Source: a virus
Length of the DNA stretch: 64,000 nt
Direction: 5' to 3' (one strand)
IMG/VR virus record: IMGVR_UViG_3300011390_000031
Span: 834-64,833 of that record
The notes beneath the pieces were generated by a model. The model did no database searches, was not told where the DNA came from, and saw nothing but the letters and a program-made list of their open reading frames with translations. This document shows positions 18,427-27,604 of this stretch, piece by piece (the stretch's first letter is position 1; each line of letters begins with the position of its first letter). Position numbers and translations under genes: made by a program.

Positions 18427-18980
18427 CCCGCTACTTCTACGACACCGAGTTCCACGAAGACGGCAGCACGATTGATCTGATCTCGATCGGCATCGTTGCT
18501 GAGGATGGACGCGAGTACTACGCCGTCAACTCGGACATGGACCACGACCGGATCTCTGCCAACGACTGGTTGTGCAGGAACGTCGTCCCACACCTACCGC
18601 TCGTGGATCGAACACGTCAACCCTCGAAGAGTTTCGGTTCGAGCCGGTGGATCTGGTCGCTCGACAGGCGTTCAATCCTCGTCAAGCCAAAGTGGGTCAT
18701 TGCCAACGAAGTTCGCGCCTTCCTGCTCGCTGAGTCGAATCCGGAACTGTGGGCCAACTTCAGCGCCTATGACCATGTCGCGCTCGCACAACTGTGGGGG
18801 AAAATGATCCACCTTCCGAAGGGTCTGCCGATGTACACCCGGGACTTCCAGCAGCGTCTCGATGATCTCGGCCGCCCAGAGATTCCCGAACAGTCTTCGG
18901 GTGCACACGACGCACTCGAAGACGCTCGACACCTCAAGACTTGCTTCGACGCTGTCCGACCAGGCGGTGAGCCAGCATGA
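18423..18980 (+). CDS. DEDD 3'-5' exoribonuclease (Rv2179c/RNase AS-like)
   Basis: YFYDTEF...DLISIGIV...AYDHVAL...HDALEDARH. Confidence 0.85.
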   Translation: MTRYFYDTEFHEDGSTIDLISIGIVAEDGREYYAVNSDMDHDRISANDWLCRNVVPHLPLVDRTRQPSKSFGSSRWIWSLDRRSILVKPKWVIANEVRAFLLAESNPELWANFSAYDHVALAQLWGKMIHLPKGLPMYTRDFQQRLDDLGRPEIPEQSSGAHDALEDARHLKTCFDAVRPGGEPA

Positions 18981-19075
18981 ACGATCACGCCACTGACTGC
19001 TTCTGCGCCACTTGTGATCCCATCTGGAACGCCGAGATCATCCGCTACCACCTCGGGCTGCAGGTGGCGGCATGA
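18977..19075 (+). CDS. 32-aa Cys/His mini-protein
   Basis: HATDCFCATC; ATGA coupled both ends. Confidence 0.4.
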   Translation: MNDHATDCFCATCDPIWNAEIIRYHLGLQVAA

Positions 19076-19254
19076 GCGACACCTACGTGGTACTCGAGAC
19101 GGGTCAAGGCGGAGGAATTCCCGACACAGTTCACGGACCGTACTTCGGACGAGAAGAAGGCGTAGACGAACTGAAGTCCCTCCGCGAACACACCGCGAGA
19201 CTCGGTCGACGTGACCGGTATCAACTCGGCCGCGTTGAGGTGGAAGAGGAATGA
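19072..19254 (+). CDS. Hypothetical protein
   Basis: ATGA coupled. Confidence 0.55.
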   Translation: MSDTYVVLETGQGGGIPDTVHGPYFGREEGVDELKSLREHTARLGRRDRYQLGRVEVEEE

Positions 19255-19658
19255 CGAACCGCAACAAAGCCAAGGGTGATGCCGAGGAACGGGCCGTCCT
19301 CGCCATCCTCCGCGACGCAGGATTCCCCCACGCCGAACGAACCAGGGCGGGCCGGGCCGAAGACCAAGGCGACATCTTCCTCGACAACGCAGTCGGCCTC
19401 GCGCCCAGCGTGATCGCCCAAGTCAAGAACGTCGCAACCCCGAACTGGACCGCATGGCTGGGAGAGCTCGACGACCAGAAGCGGCGATCGAAGGCGGTGC
19501 ACGCATTCCTGACATGGAAGCGATCACGCCCTGGAGGTAAACCGCCGCACCGGCTCGCCATCATGCCACTGGCCGATTACGCCCAACTTCTACGAGAAGC
19601 GGGTTACGGCGATCCACTCGAAATCGATTCTGCGCCAACCGAAACCGAGGTGAAATAG
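19251..19658 (+). CDS. PD-(D/E)XK Holliday junction resolvase-like nuclease
   Basis: NKAKGDAEERAV...DQGDI...IAQVKN. Confidence 0.75.
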   Translation: MTNRNKAKGDAEERAVLAILRDAGFPHAERTRAGRAEDQGDIFLDNAVGLAPSVIAQVKNVATPNWTAWLGELDDQKRRSKAVHAFLTWKRSRPGGKPPHRLAIMPLADYAQLLREAGYGDPLEIDSAPTETEVK

Positions 19659-19805
19659 CATGACCAGCCTGGTAAAATTCAGGTATCACTTCACCTCCAC
19701 TGCAACAGCTTTCGGCATCACTGCGGCCGGTTTGGCGTTCGCAGGGTTCCTGACATTGACCGCGCTCTCGGATGTTCTCGAGCGCCATCCCGGAACGAGG
19801 AACTC

Positions 19806-20816
19806 ATGACCGGTTTCACCCCCGAAGAATGGCGAACAGCAGCGCGAGTTGCTCGCCGCAGCATTTTCACTGAAGGCAATCCCGATCTGGCTGATGCGTG
19901 GGAGAAAGCTGCAGATCAGGTCGAAGCGAGGCTCATCCTTGCCGGCGGTATGGCACTCACCGCCGAACAGGTGGAAGGGTTGAAGTTTGCGCTGGAAGCT
20001 GTGACGAGTGTTGCCGATGTTGTACCGGAGTTGCGGGGCACTCTGAGCACTCCAGTCGGCCGTCTCGTCAAGCTTCTCCGCGCCCTGTTCCCAGCAACCG
20101 AACCCGCAGCAGTTCGTGACGGCAGTGATCTCGTCGTCGTGCAGCGTTCACACACCGCGAAAGCAGTGCAGTCGTGGATGACTCTGGACCTCTGGACTGA
20201 CCTCGGGAAGAAAGACAAAGACTTCGACGCCGAATATGAGCGCCAAGGGTTCGGGGATTTGTGGGCCATCTTGTTGGGTGAGGTCCGCGCCCTGGTTCAA
20301 GCAACCACTCCGGCCCCTGCCGAACCTGCCGAGGAGGATACGAAAGCGGAACTGTGCGCGGTGCGTCTTTGCGTACTCCCCGCTAGACATTCCGGCGTCC
20401 ACGCCGACCGCGAAGGTCTCAGGTGGAACAACCCCACCTCCTCGCCGGTTGTCCCTGCCCCCAACGAAACCGGACCGTGGGAGGACATCTCAGAGGCTCC
20501 GAAGCATCTCACCCTGATTGACCGAGTTGGCGACAAATGGACGTATGACGGCGACGACTGGGTCACTCCCGAAACGGCGATCCTCCCGGTCATGTCCATC
20601 AACAAGCACTACGCCCCGTTCGTTGCAGCGCCCACCGGAACCGGACCGTGGCAGACATGGCGTGATGTGCCCGACGGCGTGAGTTACCGATCGTCCCGAC
20701 CTGGATCACCTCTAACGTTTACAAACCGGAATGGCGTCCGCTTCGTCAACAGCACCGGAATGCCGGACGAGTTTGAGCGTCTACAGCCGTTCAATGCCGT
20801 GAAGGAACAGTCATGA
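19806..20816 (+). CDS. Mosaic hypothetical protein with internal repeat
   Basis: TGPWEDISEAP / TGPWQTWRDVP duplicated module. Confidence 0.65.
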   Translation: MTGFTPEEWRTAARVARRSIFTEGNPDLADAWEKAADQVEARLILAGGMALTAEQVEGLKFALEAVTSVADVVPELRGTLSTPVGRLVKLLRALFPATEPAAVRDGSDLVVVQRSHTAKAVQSWMTLDLWTDLGKKDKDFDAEYERQGFGDLWAILLGEVRALVQATTPAPAEPAEEDTKAELCAVRLCVLPARHSGVHADREGLRWNNPTSSPVVPAPNETGPWEDISEAPKHLTLIDRVGDKWTYDGDDWVTPETAILPVMSINKHYAPFVAAPTGTGPWQTWRDVPDGVSYRSSRPGSPLTFTNRNGVRFVNSTGMPDEFERLQPFNAVKEQS

Positions 20817-21040
20817 CAGATAACGAGATTCGCATCGCTCGTCGCAAGTTGCTTGAAGAGAGTTTGGCAACGAACCGATCGAAGCAACAGGCACTCTTCG
20901 ACAGTCTCGGCGACAGCCCGGTCCCTGGAACCAGTTACACAGAGGCGCGGATAGCCGAAATCAACCAACTCGAATACGAAGCCAAAACCGTTGAAGCCGA
21001 GCTGAAGTGTGCCCCGTTCGTTGCGGCCGAGGAGGGGTGA
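20813..21040 (+). CDS. Coiled-coil hypothetical protein
   Basis: ATGA coupled. Confidence 0.55.
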   Translation: MTDNEIRIARRKLLEESLATNRSKQQALFDSLGDSPVPGTSYTEARIAEINQLEYEAKTVEAELKCAPFVAAEEG

Positions 21041-21042
21041 GC

Positions 21043-21255
21043 ATGAGCGAGCAATTCAACGCCCGAGACTTCGACGACGACTACAAGGTCGACATGGTCC
21101 AGGCCTACCCCGACATCTCCCAGACCCCGAACAGGGGCAGCAAGCACTTCTACTTCTCCTACGAACAGCTGCAAGAGTGCTTCGCTCGAATCCTCGTCGC
21201 TAAGAACCTGGCTCCCGTACACCGCCTGTACCTGGACGACAAGGGCGGAGCATGA
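21043..21255 (+). CDS. Hypothetical protein
   Basis: RBS GGAGG, coupled to methylase. Confidence 0.55.
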   Translation: MSEQFNARDFDDDYKVDMVQAYPDISQTPNRGSKHFYFSYEQLQECFARILVAKNLAPVHRLYLDDKGGA

Positions 21256-22202
21256 CCCTCACAATGACCGACCTGTTCTCCGGTGGCGGTGGCAGCTCGG
21301 AAGGCATGACACAAGCCGGGATCCACATTCAGGTCGCCGCGAATCACTGGGATACAGCGATTGCCACGCACCAGAAGAACCACCCCGACACCGAGCACAT
21401 CACCGCGAACCTGTCCGAGGTCGATTGGCGTAGCTTCCCGAAGTCGAACATCCTGTGGGCGTCGCCATCCTGCGTGTGGCACGCACGATCAGGTGGACGG
21501 AAGCAACCGCCGGCCGAGGAAGAGATGCGGCGCGCTGATGCTGGATCAGTGGATCGTGCAACAGCGTTCGCGGTGATCGCAGCGTCCGAGGTTCACCAGT
21601 ACGACGCGGTGATCGTGGAGAACGTGCCCGAGTTCCAGGCGTGGAGTCTCTACAACTGGTGGCTCGACGGGATGCGGGCACTCGGCTATCGGCAGCAGGT
21701 GATCTTGCTCGACGCCGCCGAAGTCGGGGCCGCACAGCGCAGAGTCCGGTACTTCGCCGTATTCACCCGTGACGGCAACGTGGACCTGACCATCCGTGAG
21801 CCGAAGCGCACACACGCGCTGAGCATCCTCGATCCGAACCCCGGCAAGCTCGTCACCCGCAAGCTGTACGTCTCCGACCAGATCGAGCAGATCACCACCC
21901 ATGACGTGCCGCACCTGGTGACGTACCGGCGCAACGCGAAAGCCCGCCGAGCCGACACGCATCCGCTCGCAACGATCACCGCCGGCGGCAACCACCACGG
22001 CATCGCCACACTCACCGACGAAGGGCCAAGGTTCCGAATGCTCAACAATCGCGAATGTGCTCGCGGCCAGGGATTCCCGGACTCCTACGAGTTTGTGGGC
22101 AATGCGAAGGACGTGAAGAAGCAGATCGGCAACGCGGTCTCTGTGGACGCTGCCAGGTGGATTGGTGGACGCGTCCAGGCTGCGCTGGGGGTGGCGGCGT
22201 GA
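21252..22202 (+). CDS. C5-cytosine DNA methyltransferase (orphan)
   Basis: Motif I DLFSGGGG, IV WASPSC, VI IVENVPEF, VIII QRRVRYF, X QIGNAV. Confidence 0.9.
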   Translation: MTLTMTDLFSGGGGSSEGMTQAGIHIQVAANHWDTAIATHQKNHPDTEHITANLSEVDWRSFPKSNILWASPSCVWHARSGGRKQPPAEEEMRRADAGSVDRATAFAVIAASEVHQYDAVIVENVPEFQAWSLYNWWLDGMRALGYRQQVILLDAAEVGAAQRRVRYFAVFTRDGNVDLTIREPKRTHALSILDPNPGKLVTRKLYVSDQIEQITTHDVPHLVTYRRNAKARRADTHPLATITAGGNHHGIATLTDEGPRFRMLNNRECARGQGFPDSYEFVGNAKDVKKQIGNAVSVDAARWIGGRVQAALGVAA

Positions 22203-22573
22203 CTGGGGTGGATGTTGAGCACACGAAAGCGCTGGAGCAAGTCGCGACCGATGGCGGTTGGGCGATCTGGCGAGACCTCGACAATGGGTTCTACGTGGTC
22301 GGGGAAGAAAGCGGAGTGATCCCGGAAGGCGCGGACCACGTTGACGGCGAGCACAACCCGGTCGCTCACGTGTACGTCGCGACCGATGCGGCTTTCATCG
22401 TCCACGCCCGGACTGCGGTACCCGCCTTGGTTGCGGCTGTCGAGCGAGTCCGAGCAATCGCCGAACACTGGTCCACCTGCCCCAAAGGTGACTACGACTG
22501 CCACGACTGCAATTACAACCGCCCCGAAGCCGGGGACCTACTTCTCGAAGCGCTCAAATTGGAGACACCATGA
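22199..22573 (+). CDS. Hypothetical protein
   Basis: DAAFIVHARTAVPALVAAVERVRA, common phage motif. Confidence 0.6.
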   Translation: MTGVDVEHTKALEQVATDGGWAIWRDLDNGFYVVGEESGVIPEGADHVDGEHNPVAHVYVATDAAFIVHARTAVPALVAAVERVRAIAEHWSTCPKGDYDCHDCNYNRPEAGDLLLEALKLETP

Positions 22574-22776
22574 CTGAGAAGACTTTCGATCTACCGGATG
22601 CCATCGACGAGGACGGGCAGCTCGACTGGGTGAGTCGCATGTCCTATGTGTCCACCCTGCGCGATGGGCAGGTCTACATCGGCGACACGGTGTGCGGGGA
22701 GTATCCGGCCGCGAATGTCCGCGAGTTCGCATTGGCTTTGCTCGCAGCTGCTGATGTGGCCGAGGTGTCGTCGTGA
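22570..22776 (+). CDS. Hypothetical protein
   Basis: ATGA coupled. Confidence 0.55.
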   Translation: MTEKTFDLPDAIDEDGQLDWVSRMSYVSTLRDGQVYIGDTVCGEYPAANVREFALALLAAADVAEVSS

Positions 22777-23093
22777 CCGCGCCTGATCTGGGGTTGACCG
22801 ACCTCATCGCAGCGCACCAGGCAGGCGACCGTTGGACGGACTTCACATATCCGTCCATCTTCAGCGACAAGCCGTTCGTGGCGACGACCGTGACGAAGAT
22901 GGTCAATTGCTCATGCGGAGAGTCGATGCCAGCCGAGTCCCATCCCGCGCATGTAGCCGAGATGCTCACTGCAACCCACACCATCACCCCGAAGCTCGTC
23001 GCAAAGCCCGGAATCCCCTGCGACGACTGGGCAGACGGTCATAGCTACCGCAAATGCACCCGACCGAAAGGGCACGAGGGACATCATGGCTGA
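22773..23093 (+). CDS. Cys/His-rich hypothetical protein
   Basis: DLIAAH...CSCG...HPAH. Confidence 0.55.
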   Translation: MTAPDLGLTDLIAAHQAGDRWTDFTYPSIFSDKPFVATTVTKMVNCSCGESMPAESHPAHVAEMLTATHTITPKLVAKPGIPCDDWADGHSYRKCTRPKGHEGHHG

Positions 23094-23586
23094 CCTCATC
23101 AACCTCATCGCAGCGCACCGACTGAAGCAGTCGTACTGGAACTGGTGGGGCTGCACAGGATGCGACTGGCGAACCAAAGGCACCTACGGCAGCGAACCCA
23201 CAACCGAGACCGCCACCGAACACGCCAAACATGTGGTGGAGCAGCACACCAACGGGCGGCACGAATGGCCGAAAACCACCCCGACCGGACACACCTACGA
23301 ACGACCCACAACCTACGTGGAACTGGTTCGCATGAGCGGGCACATGGTTCAGGGTGAGATCGAATGCTGGGAGGCTGCGGAACTGCCGCCTGAACCTGTG
23401 TGGGAGATGGTCGGCATCGCACAGCAAGAGGTTGAACGTGAACGTAGCCGCGCCGAGAAGGCTGAGGCCACGATCGCCAGGGTGGAAGCGCTGAAAAGTG
23501 ACCTATTCCTGCGCGGCGGAAATCTCATAGCGCAATGGGGAGCAGCACGACTTATCGGCGCAGCTTTGGAAGGGGAACAGCAATGA
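23086..23586 (+). CDS. Cys/His-rich hypothetical protein
   Basis: NLIAAH...CTGC...HAKH. Confidence 0.6.
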   Translation: MADLINLIAAHRLKQSYWNWWGCTGCDWRTKGTYGSEPTTETATEHAKHVVEQHTNGRHEWPKTTPTGHTYERPTTYVELVRMSGHMVQGEIECWEAAELPPEPVWEMVGIAQQEVERERSRAEKAEATIARVEALKSDLFLRGGNLIAQWGAARLIGAALEGEQQ

Positions 23587-23759
23587 GACTTGATATGACC
23601 GCGCCCAGTTCGGTTTGCGCCCATTGCGATCAGCCGATCTGGATGGCGTCGAATGGGGACTGGAAGCACTACGAGAGTGGTCGCTGGCTGAACAGGTGCC
23701 AACGCGTCGCCAACTACGGAACCGATGCCACGCCCAAGCCTTCTGAGGAGTCGTTGTGA
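23583..23759 (+). CDS. Small Cys-containing protein
   Basis: CAHCDQPI. Confidence 0.5.
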   Translation: MRLDMTAPSSVCAHCDQPIWMASNGDWKHYESGRWLNRCQRVANYGTDATPKPSEESL

Positions 23760-24154
23760 GTGAGATCCGATCACAGGCCACACCCGCGAGAGACAGTGGA
23801 CTGACAGACGCATTGCGGGATGCAGTGGGCGACAACTACGACCACGGACGCAACCCGAACCTCACAGGCCAACTCTGGCACGAAGACGGGATCCGCGACT
23901 CCATCGACTGGGCAGGCGCGGCACGAGACCTCGAACGTGAGGGTTGGTCGAAGCCTCGCACGGTGAACAGCATCGAAGAACTTCACGCGCTCCCCGTCGA
24001 AACCGTAATCCGCCGCCAAGACGGCTGGGTCGGCGAAATCAGCATCGTCAGCGGAAAGCCAGTCATCTTCTGGATCGGCAACGAACGCCCAGACGAACTG
24101 AAAGACATCGCCCTCCCCGCGACCGTCCTCTTCACTCCGGGGGGTGCGGGATGA
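23756..24154 (+). CDS. Hypothetical protein
   Basis: PRTVNSIEELHALPVETVI...LPATVLF actinophage module. Confidence 0.65.
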   Translation: MSEIRSQATPARDSGLTDALRDAVGDNYDHGRNPNLTGQLWHEDGIRDSIDWAGAARDLEREGWSKPRTVNSIEELHALPVETVIRRQDGWVGEISIVSGKPVIFWIGNERPDELKDIALPATVLFTPGGAG

Positions 24155-24543
24155 CGCAGCAGATTCCGTATGACGAGATGCGGCGACTGTGCGGACTGCC
24201 TGACATTGAGCACCTAGAACTGATGGCCGTCATTCGAAAGTGTGGACTGAACCAGGCGATCAGCTTCATGCAGCTGACCGGCGCTTTCCAGCAGCAGGAG
24301 GACGGGCGAATTCAGTGGACGCCCGATCCGTCGCCTTGGTGGGTTCCGGTCGATGAGCCGTCAATCGAATCAACCCAGTGGACGTATGGCCGGCGTACCG
24401 GGATCGCAGGCGGTTTCCTTGGCGGGCGTGAACCTGAGGTTGCCACTGCGCTACCGGAGCCGTCGACTAGTCCGCCGATGTGGGCGAACAATCCAACCAA
24501 GACACGCCGGAACGCATTCGGGCCAACGAGAAGGGTGAAGTAA
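24151..24543 (+). CDS. Hypothetical protein with C-terminal PSTSPPMWA motif
   Basis: ATGA coupled. Confidence 0.6.
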   Translation: MTQQIPYDEMRRLCGLPDIEHLELMAVIRKCGLNQAISFMQLTGAFQQQEDGRIQWTPDPSPWWVPVDEPSIESTQWTYGRRTGIAGGFLGGREPEVATALPEPSTSPPMWANNPTKTRRNAFGPTRRVK

Positions 24544-25343
24544 TGACCGCAGTTGCTTACAGCGAACCGAAGTTCAAGTCGATCGCCGACGCCAATACTG
24601 TTCTCCGAGGACAGGTCGGATCCGGCCTCCATGGCGTGACGACCGGGAATGATGACCGCGACGAGATGGGTGTGTGCATCGAACCTCCCGAATGTGTCGT
24701 CGGCGTCAGCAAGTTCGAGCAGTACCAGTTCCGCACCCAGCCTGAAGGTGTCCGTTCCGGCGCAGGCGACCTGGACCTGGTCATCTATTCGCTACGCAAG
24801 TGGGCGCGACTGGCTGAGGCCGGGAATCCCACGGTGCTGCTGTTGATGTACATCCCGCCGGAGGAGCTCGTACTGAACACCTACGTCGGCGAGGACCTGC
24901 AGGCGCACCCTGAGCGGTTCGTCTCACGACAGTCAGCGCTTCGGTTTGCAGGCTACCTGAAGTCACAGCGTGAACAGATGCTCGGACTTCGCGGCAGGAA
25001 GCACACGAACCGACCAGAGCTAGTGGACGTGTACGGATTTGACACGAAGTTCGCGTATCACATGGTGAGGCTTGGGATTCAGGGCGTGCAACTCCTGACC
25101 GAAGGGCGGATCACGTTGCCGATGCCATCGGACGACCGTCGATGGTTGAAGGAATTGCGCGAAGGGAAGCACACAAAGTTCGAAGCCCTGGACCGTGCTG
25201 CCGACCTGGAATCTCAGCTGATGCAACTCTCGCGGACCGCCGACTACCCGAAGCAGCCGGATCGCCAGCGGATTGATTCCTGGCTCGTGTCGACCTACCA
25301 GCAGTGGTGGGCAGAGCATGGCGCCCTCTCCTTTTTCAACTGA
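24543..25343 (+). CDS. RlaP-type Pol-beta nucleotidyltransferase
   Basis: QVGSGLHG...DDRDEMG...DLVIYSLRKWARLAEAGNPTVL...FDTKFAYHMVRL. Confidence 0.85.
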   Translation: MTAVAYSEPKFKSIADANTVLRGQVGSGLHGVTTGNDDRDEMGVCIEPPECVVGVSKFEQYQFRTQPEGVRSGAGDLDLVIYSLRKWARLAEAGNPTVLLLMYIPPEELVLNTYVGEDLQAHPERFVSRQSALRFAGYLKSQREQMLGLRGRKHTNRPELVDVYGFDTKFAYHMVRLGIQGVQLLTEGRITLPMPSDDRRWLKELREGKHTKFEALDRAADLESQLMQLSRTADYPKQPDRQRIDSWLVSTYQQWWAEHGALSFFN

Positions 25344-25367
25344 CGTTCTTATCTTGAAGGGAATTTC

Positions 25368-26555
25368 ATGACACCGACGAAGCACGGCAAGAATCTGCTG
25401 AACTGGGCGTCGCAGATCGACGACAACACGCTGGTCCAGGCAGAAGAGACGGCGATGATGCCGTTCATTTTCCCCCACGTCGCGTTGATGCCCGACGCTC
25501 ACAGCGGTAAAGGATCCGCGGTGGGGACCGTGATCCCGACTCGTGACGCGGTGATCCCGGCCGCGGTCGGTGTGGATATCGGTTGCGGGATGATCGCAGT
25601 GCGAACGCAGTTCACGAAGGCCGATGTGGACGGCAACGATCGGACACTGGGGGAGTTGCGGGAGATTGTCGAAGCATCGATCCCGTTGTCGCCAGGCAAT
25701 TACAACCTGACGGAAGCGCTCGGGAAGTGGTACGCCCAGCCGAAGATCGAGGAACTGGAAGCGCGCGCTGAGAAGGACAATGTCGACCTGTCTCACTCTC
25801 CGAAGTGGCGCGAGCAGCTCGGATCCCTAGGCGGAGGTAACCACTTCATCGAGCTGTGCCTCGACGAAACAGGCAGGGTGTGGCTGTTTCTGCACTCCGG
25901 CTCGCGCGGGGTGGGCAACAAGATCGCCCAGAAGCACATTAAGGTAGCGCAGCAGTTGTGCAAGACGTGGCATATCGATCTACCGAATCGAGACCTCGCA
26001 TACCTTCCGCAGGGCGTGCCCGAGTTCTGGGTGTACATCAGGGAATTGCGGTGGGCTCAGCGGTTCGCGTACCTGAATCGCGCGGAGATGATGGACCGCT
26101 TCGCCCACGTCTTCGGCGAGTGGATTGGTACGAGCGTGCAGGAATCGGAGCGCATCAACTGCCACCACAACTACACCGAGCAGGAAGAGCACTACGGGGA
26201 GAAGGTGTGGCTGACCCGCAAGGGTGCCGTGAATGCACACGAGGGCGTGAAGGCCGTCATTCCGGGATCGATGGGAACTCGCTCGTATGTGGTGAGCGGT
26301 AAAGGGAATCGATCGGGCCTCTGCTCTGCGCCGCACGGGGCGGGCCGCAGGTTCTCTCGGACGGAAGCCCGGAAGCGGTTCACCGAGGCGGATCTCGAAG
26401 CGCGTATGGAGGGCATCGAGTATCGCCATGGCGCTGAGTGGATCGACGAGATCCCGGACGCGTACAAGGACATCGACGTGGTGATGGAAGACGCGAAGGA
26501 TTTGGTCGAGGTGCTGCACGAGTTGCGTCAGATATTGAACGTGAAAGGTACCTGA
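25368..26555 (+). CDS. rtcB: RtcB RNA ligase
   Basis: MPDAHSGKG, VGVDIGCG, GSLGGGNHF, LHSGSRG, CHHNY, RKGA, PGSMG, HGAGR, YKDI motifs. Confidence 0.97.
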   Translation: MTPTKHGKNLLNWASQIDDNTLVQAEETAMMPFIFPHVALMPDAHSGKGSAVGTVIPTRDAVIPAAVGVDIGCGMIAVRTQFTKADVDGNDRTLGELREIVEASIPLSPGNYNLTEALGKWYAQPKIEELEARAEKDNVDLSHSPKWREQLGSLGGGNHFIELCLDETGRVWLFLHSGSRGVGNKIAQKHIKVAQQLCKTWHIDLPNRDLAYLPQGVPEFWVYIRELRWAQRFAYLNRAEMMDRFAHVFGEWIGTSVQESERINCHHNYTEQEEHYGEKVWLTRKGAVNAHEGVKAVIPGSMGTRSYVVSGKGNRSGLCSAPHGAGRRFSRTEARKRFTEADLEARMEGIEYRHGAEWIDEIPDAYKDIDVVMEDAKDLVEVLHELRQILNVKGT

Positions 26556-26577
26556 GCAGTCACCTTCACCTGATCCT

Positions 26578-26614
26578 CGTCATCCCGCCTCGGGCCAGTC
26601 AAGGCGGGATGACG
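26578..26614. terminator. Hairpin between convergent genes (bidirectional terminator candidate)
   Basis: 13-bp perfect stem CGTCATCCCGCCT/AGGCGGGATGACG. Confidence 0.65.
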
Positions 26615-26624
26615 GGCCAACCCT

Positions 26625-27449
26625 TTATGTCTTGAGATCGTCGAGGACGCTTGCGACACCATTCACGAGATGCTCTGCTACTTGGCGAACGCCGATGCCC
26701 GGAATTCGATCGACGCCGGGTATTTCGATCGATTCGACGAATCCGAGCATCGGGGGCGGATCCATCTTGAACGCTCGAATGTTGGGGCCCCTGAACTGCG
26801 GGCGTTTGACGGTGATGATGCTCGCGAGCGCCCCGTCGACGAGTGGGTCAGTTCCGGGAGTCATTTTGATGATCTCAACTTTATTTGGCCGAGTTTCGTC
26901 GACTGTGAGTTCATGTGTCTCGTAGGCAACGACACTGACTTCCCTGTGTTTGTCCAGGTTTACCAGCCGCGCCAGCATTGCGAGGGCGTGATGCTCGACC
27001 GGGCTCTGTCCTGACCGAGCGTAAGGCTGGACTAGTCGAATGCGCTCCAGAAAATCTGGGTCGCAGTGCTTCCGTAAGGTTCTTGCCGGACCAGGCTTTT
27101 TGGCTGTGCCCTCCCAGCGCGCGTCCTCTCTGATGACAGGGAAGACGAGACCTCGCTCGTCAGCTTCGCTCAATGTTGCGTTGCGCGATCTAACGTGATC
27201 GAACAGCGCATGGTCGAGGGCCGCACGCAGATTGGTCAAGATGTCGCCGAACGCTAGACCCCACCAGTCGGGCATCGCGGGCTCGACGACTGCATAGAAT
27301 TTGAAAACTATCGTGTCCGGCAAGAAGGCGTGGTCAGCGTGCTCGTTTCGGAAGTTGATCGGGTCCAGTGCACGATACTCGTCGATGCTGTTGCTGAGTT
27401 GAGTCTGGTGATGACGCGCTCGATCGAGCTTTCTATATGCACTATTCAC
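26625..27449 (-). CDS. HEPN-like accessory protein (putative RNase)
   Basis: GDILTNLRAALDH and RLVNLDKH (Rx6H) motifs. Confidence 0.6.
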   Translation of the reverse strand: MNSAYRKLDRARHHQTQLSNSIDEYRALDPINFRNEHADHAFLPDTIVFKFYAVVEPAMPDWWGLAFGDILTNLRAALDHALFDHVRSRNATLSEADERGLVFPVIREDARWEGTAKKPGPARTLRKHCDPDFLERIRLVQPYARSGQSPVEHHALAMLARLVNLDKHREVSVVAYETHELTVDETRPNKVEIIKMTPGTDPLVDGALASIITVKRPQFRGPNIRAFKMDPPPMLGFVESIEIPGVDRIPGIGVRQVAEHLVNGVASVLDDLKT

Positions 27450-27604
27450 TTGCGCATTTTGGTCACAATTTCCTCAAATTGCAAGTCTGCGACAACTCTC
27501 GCTAAACGAAGAGCGGATTGAAAGATATTGCCAGACAATGTAATTGGTGTGTCGTCATGGTAGAATCAGGCAGAAGTTACGGACTGTCTGAGAGTGGGGA
27601 TCGC

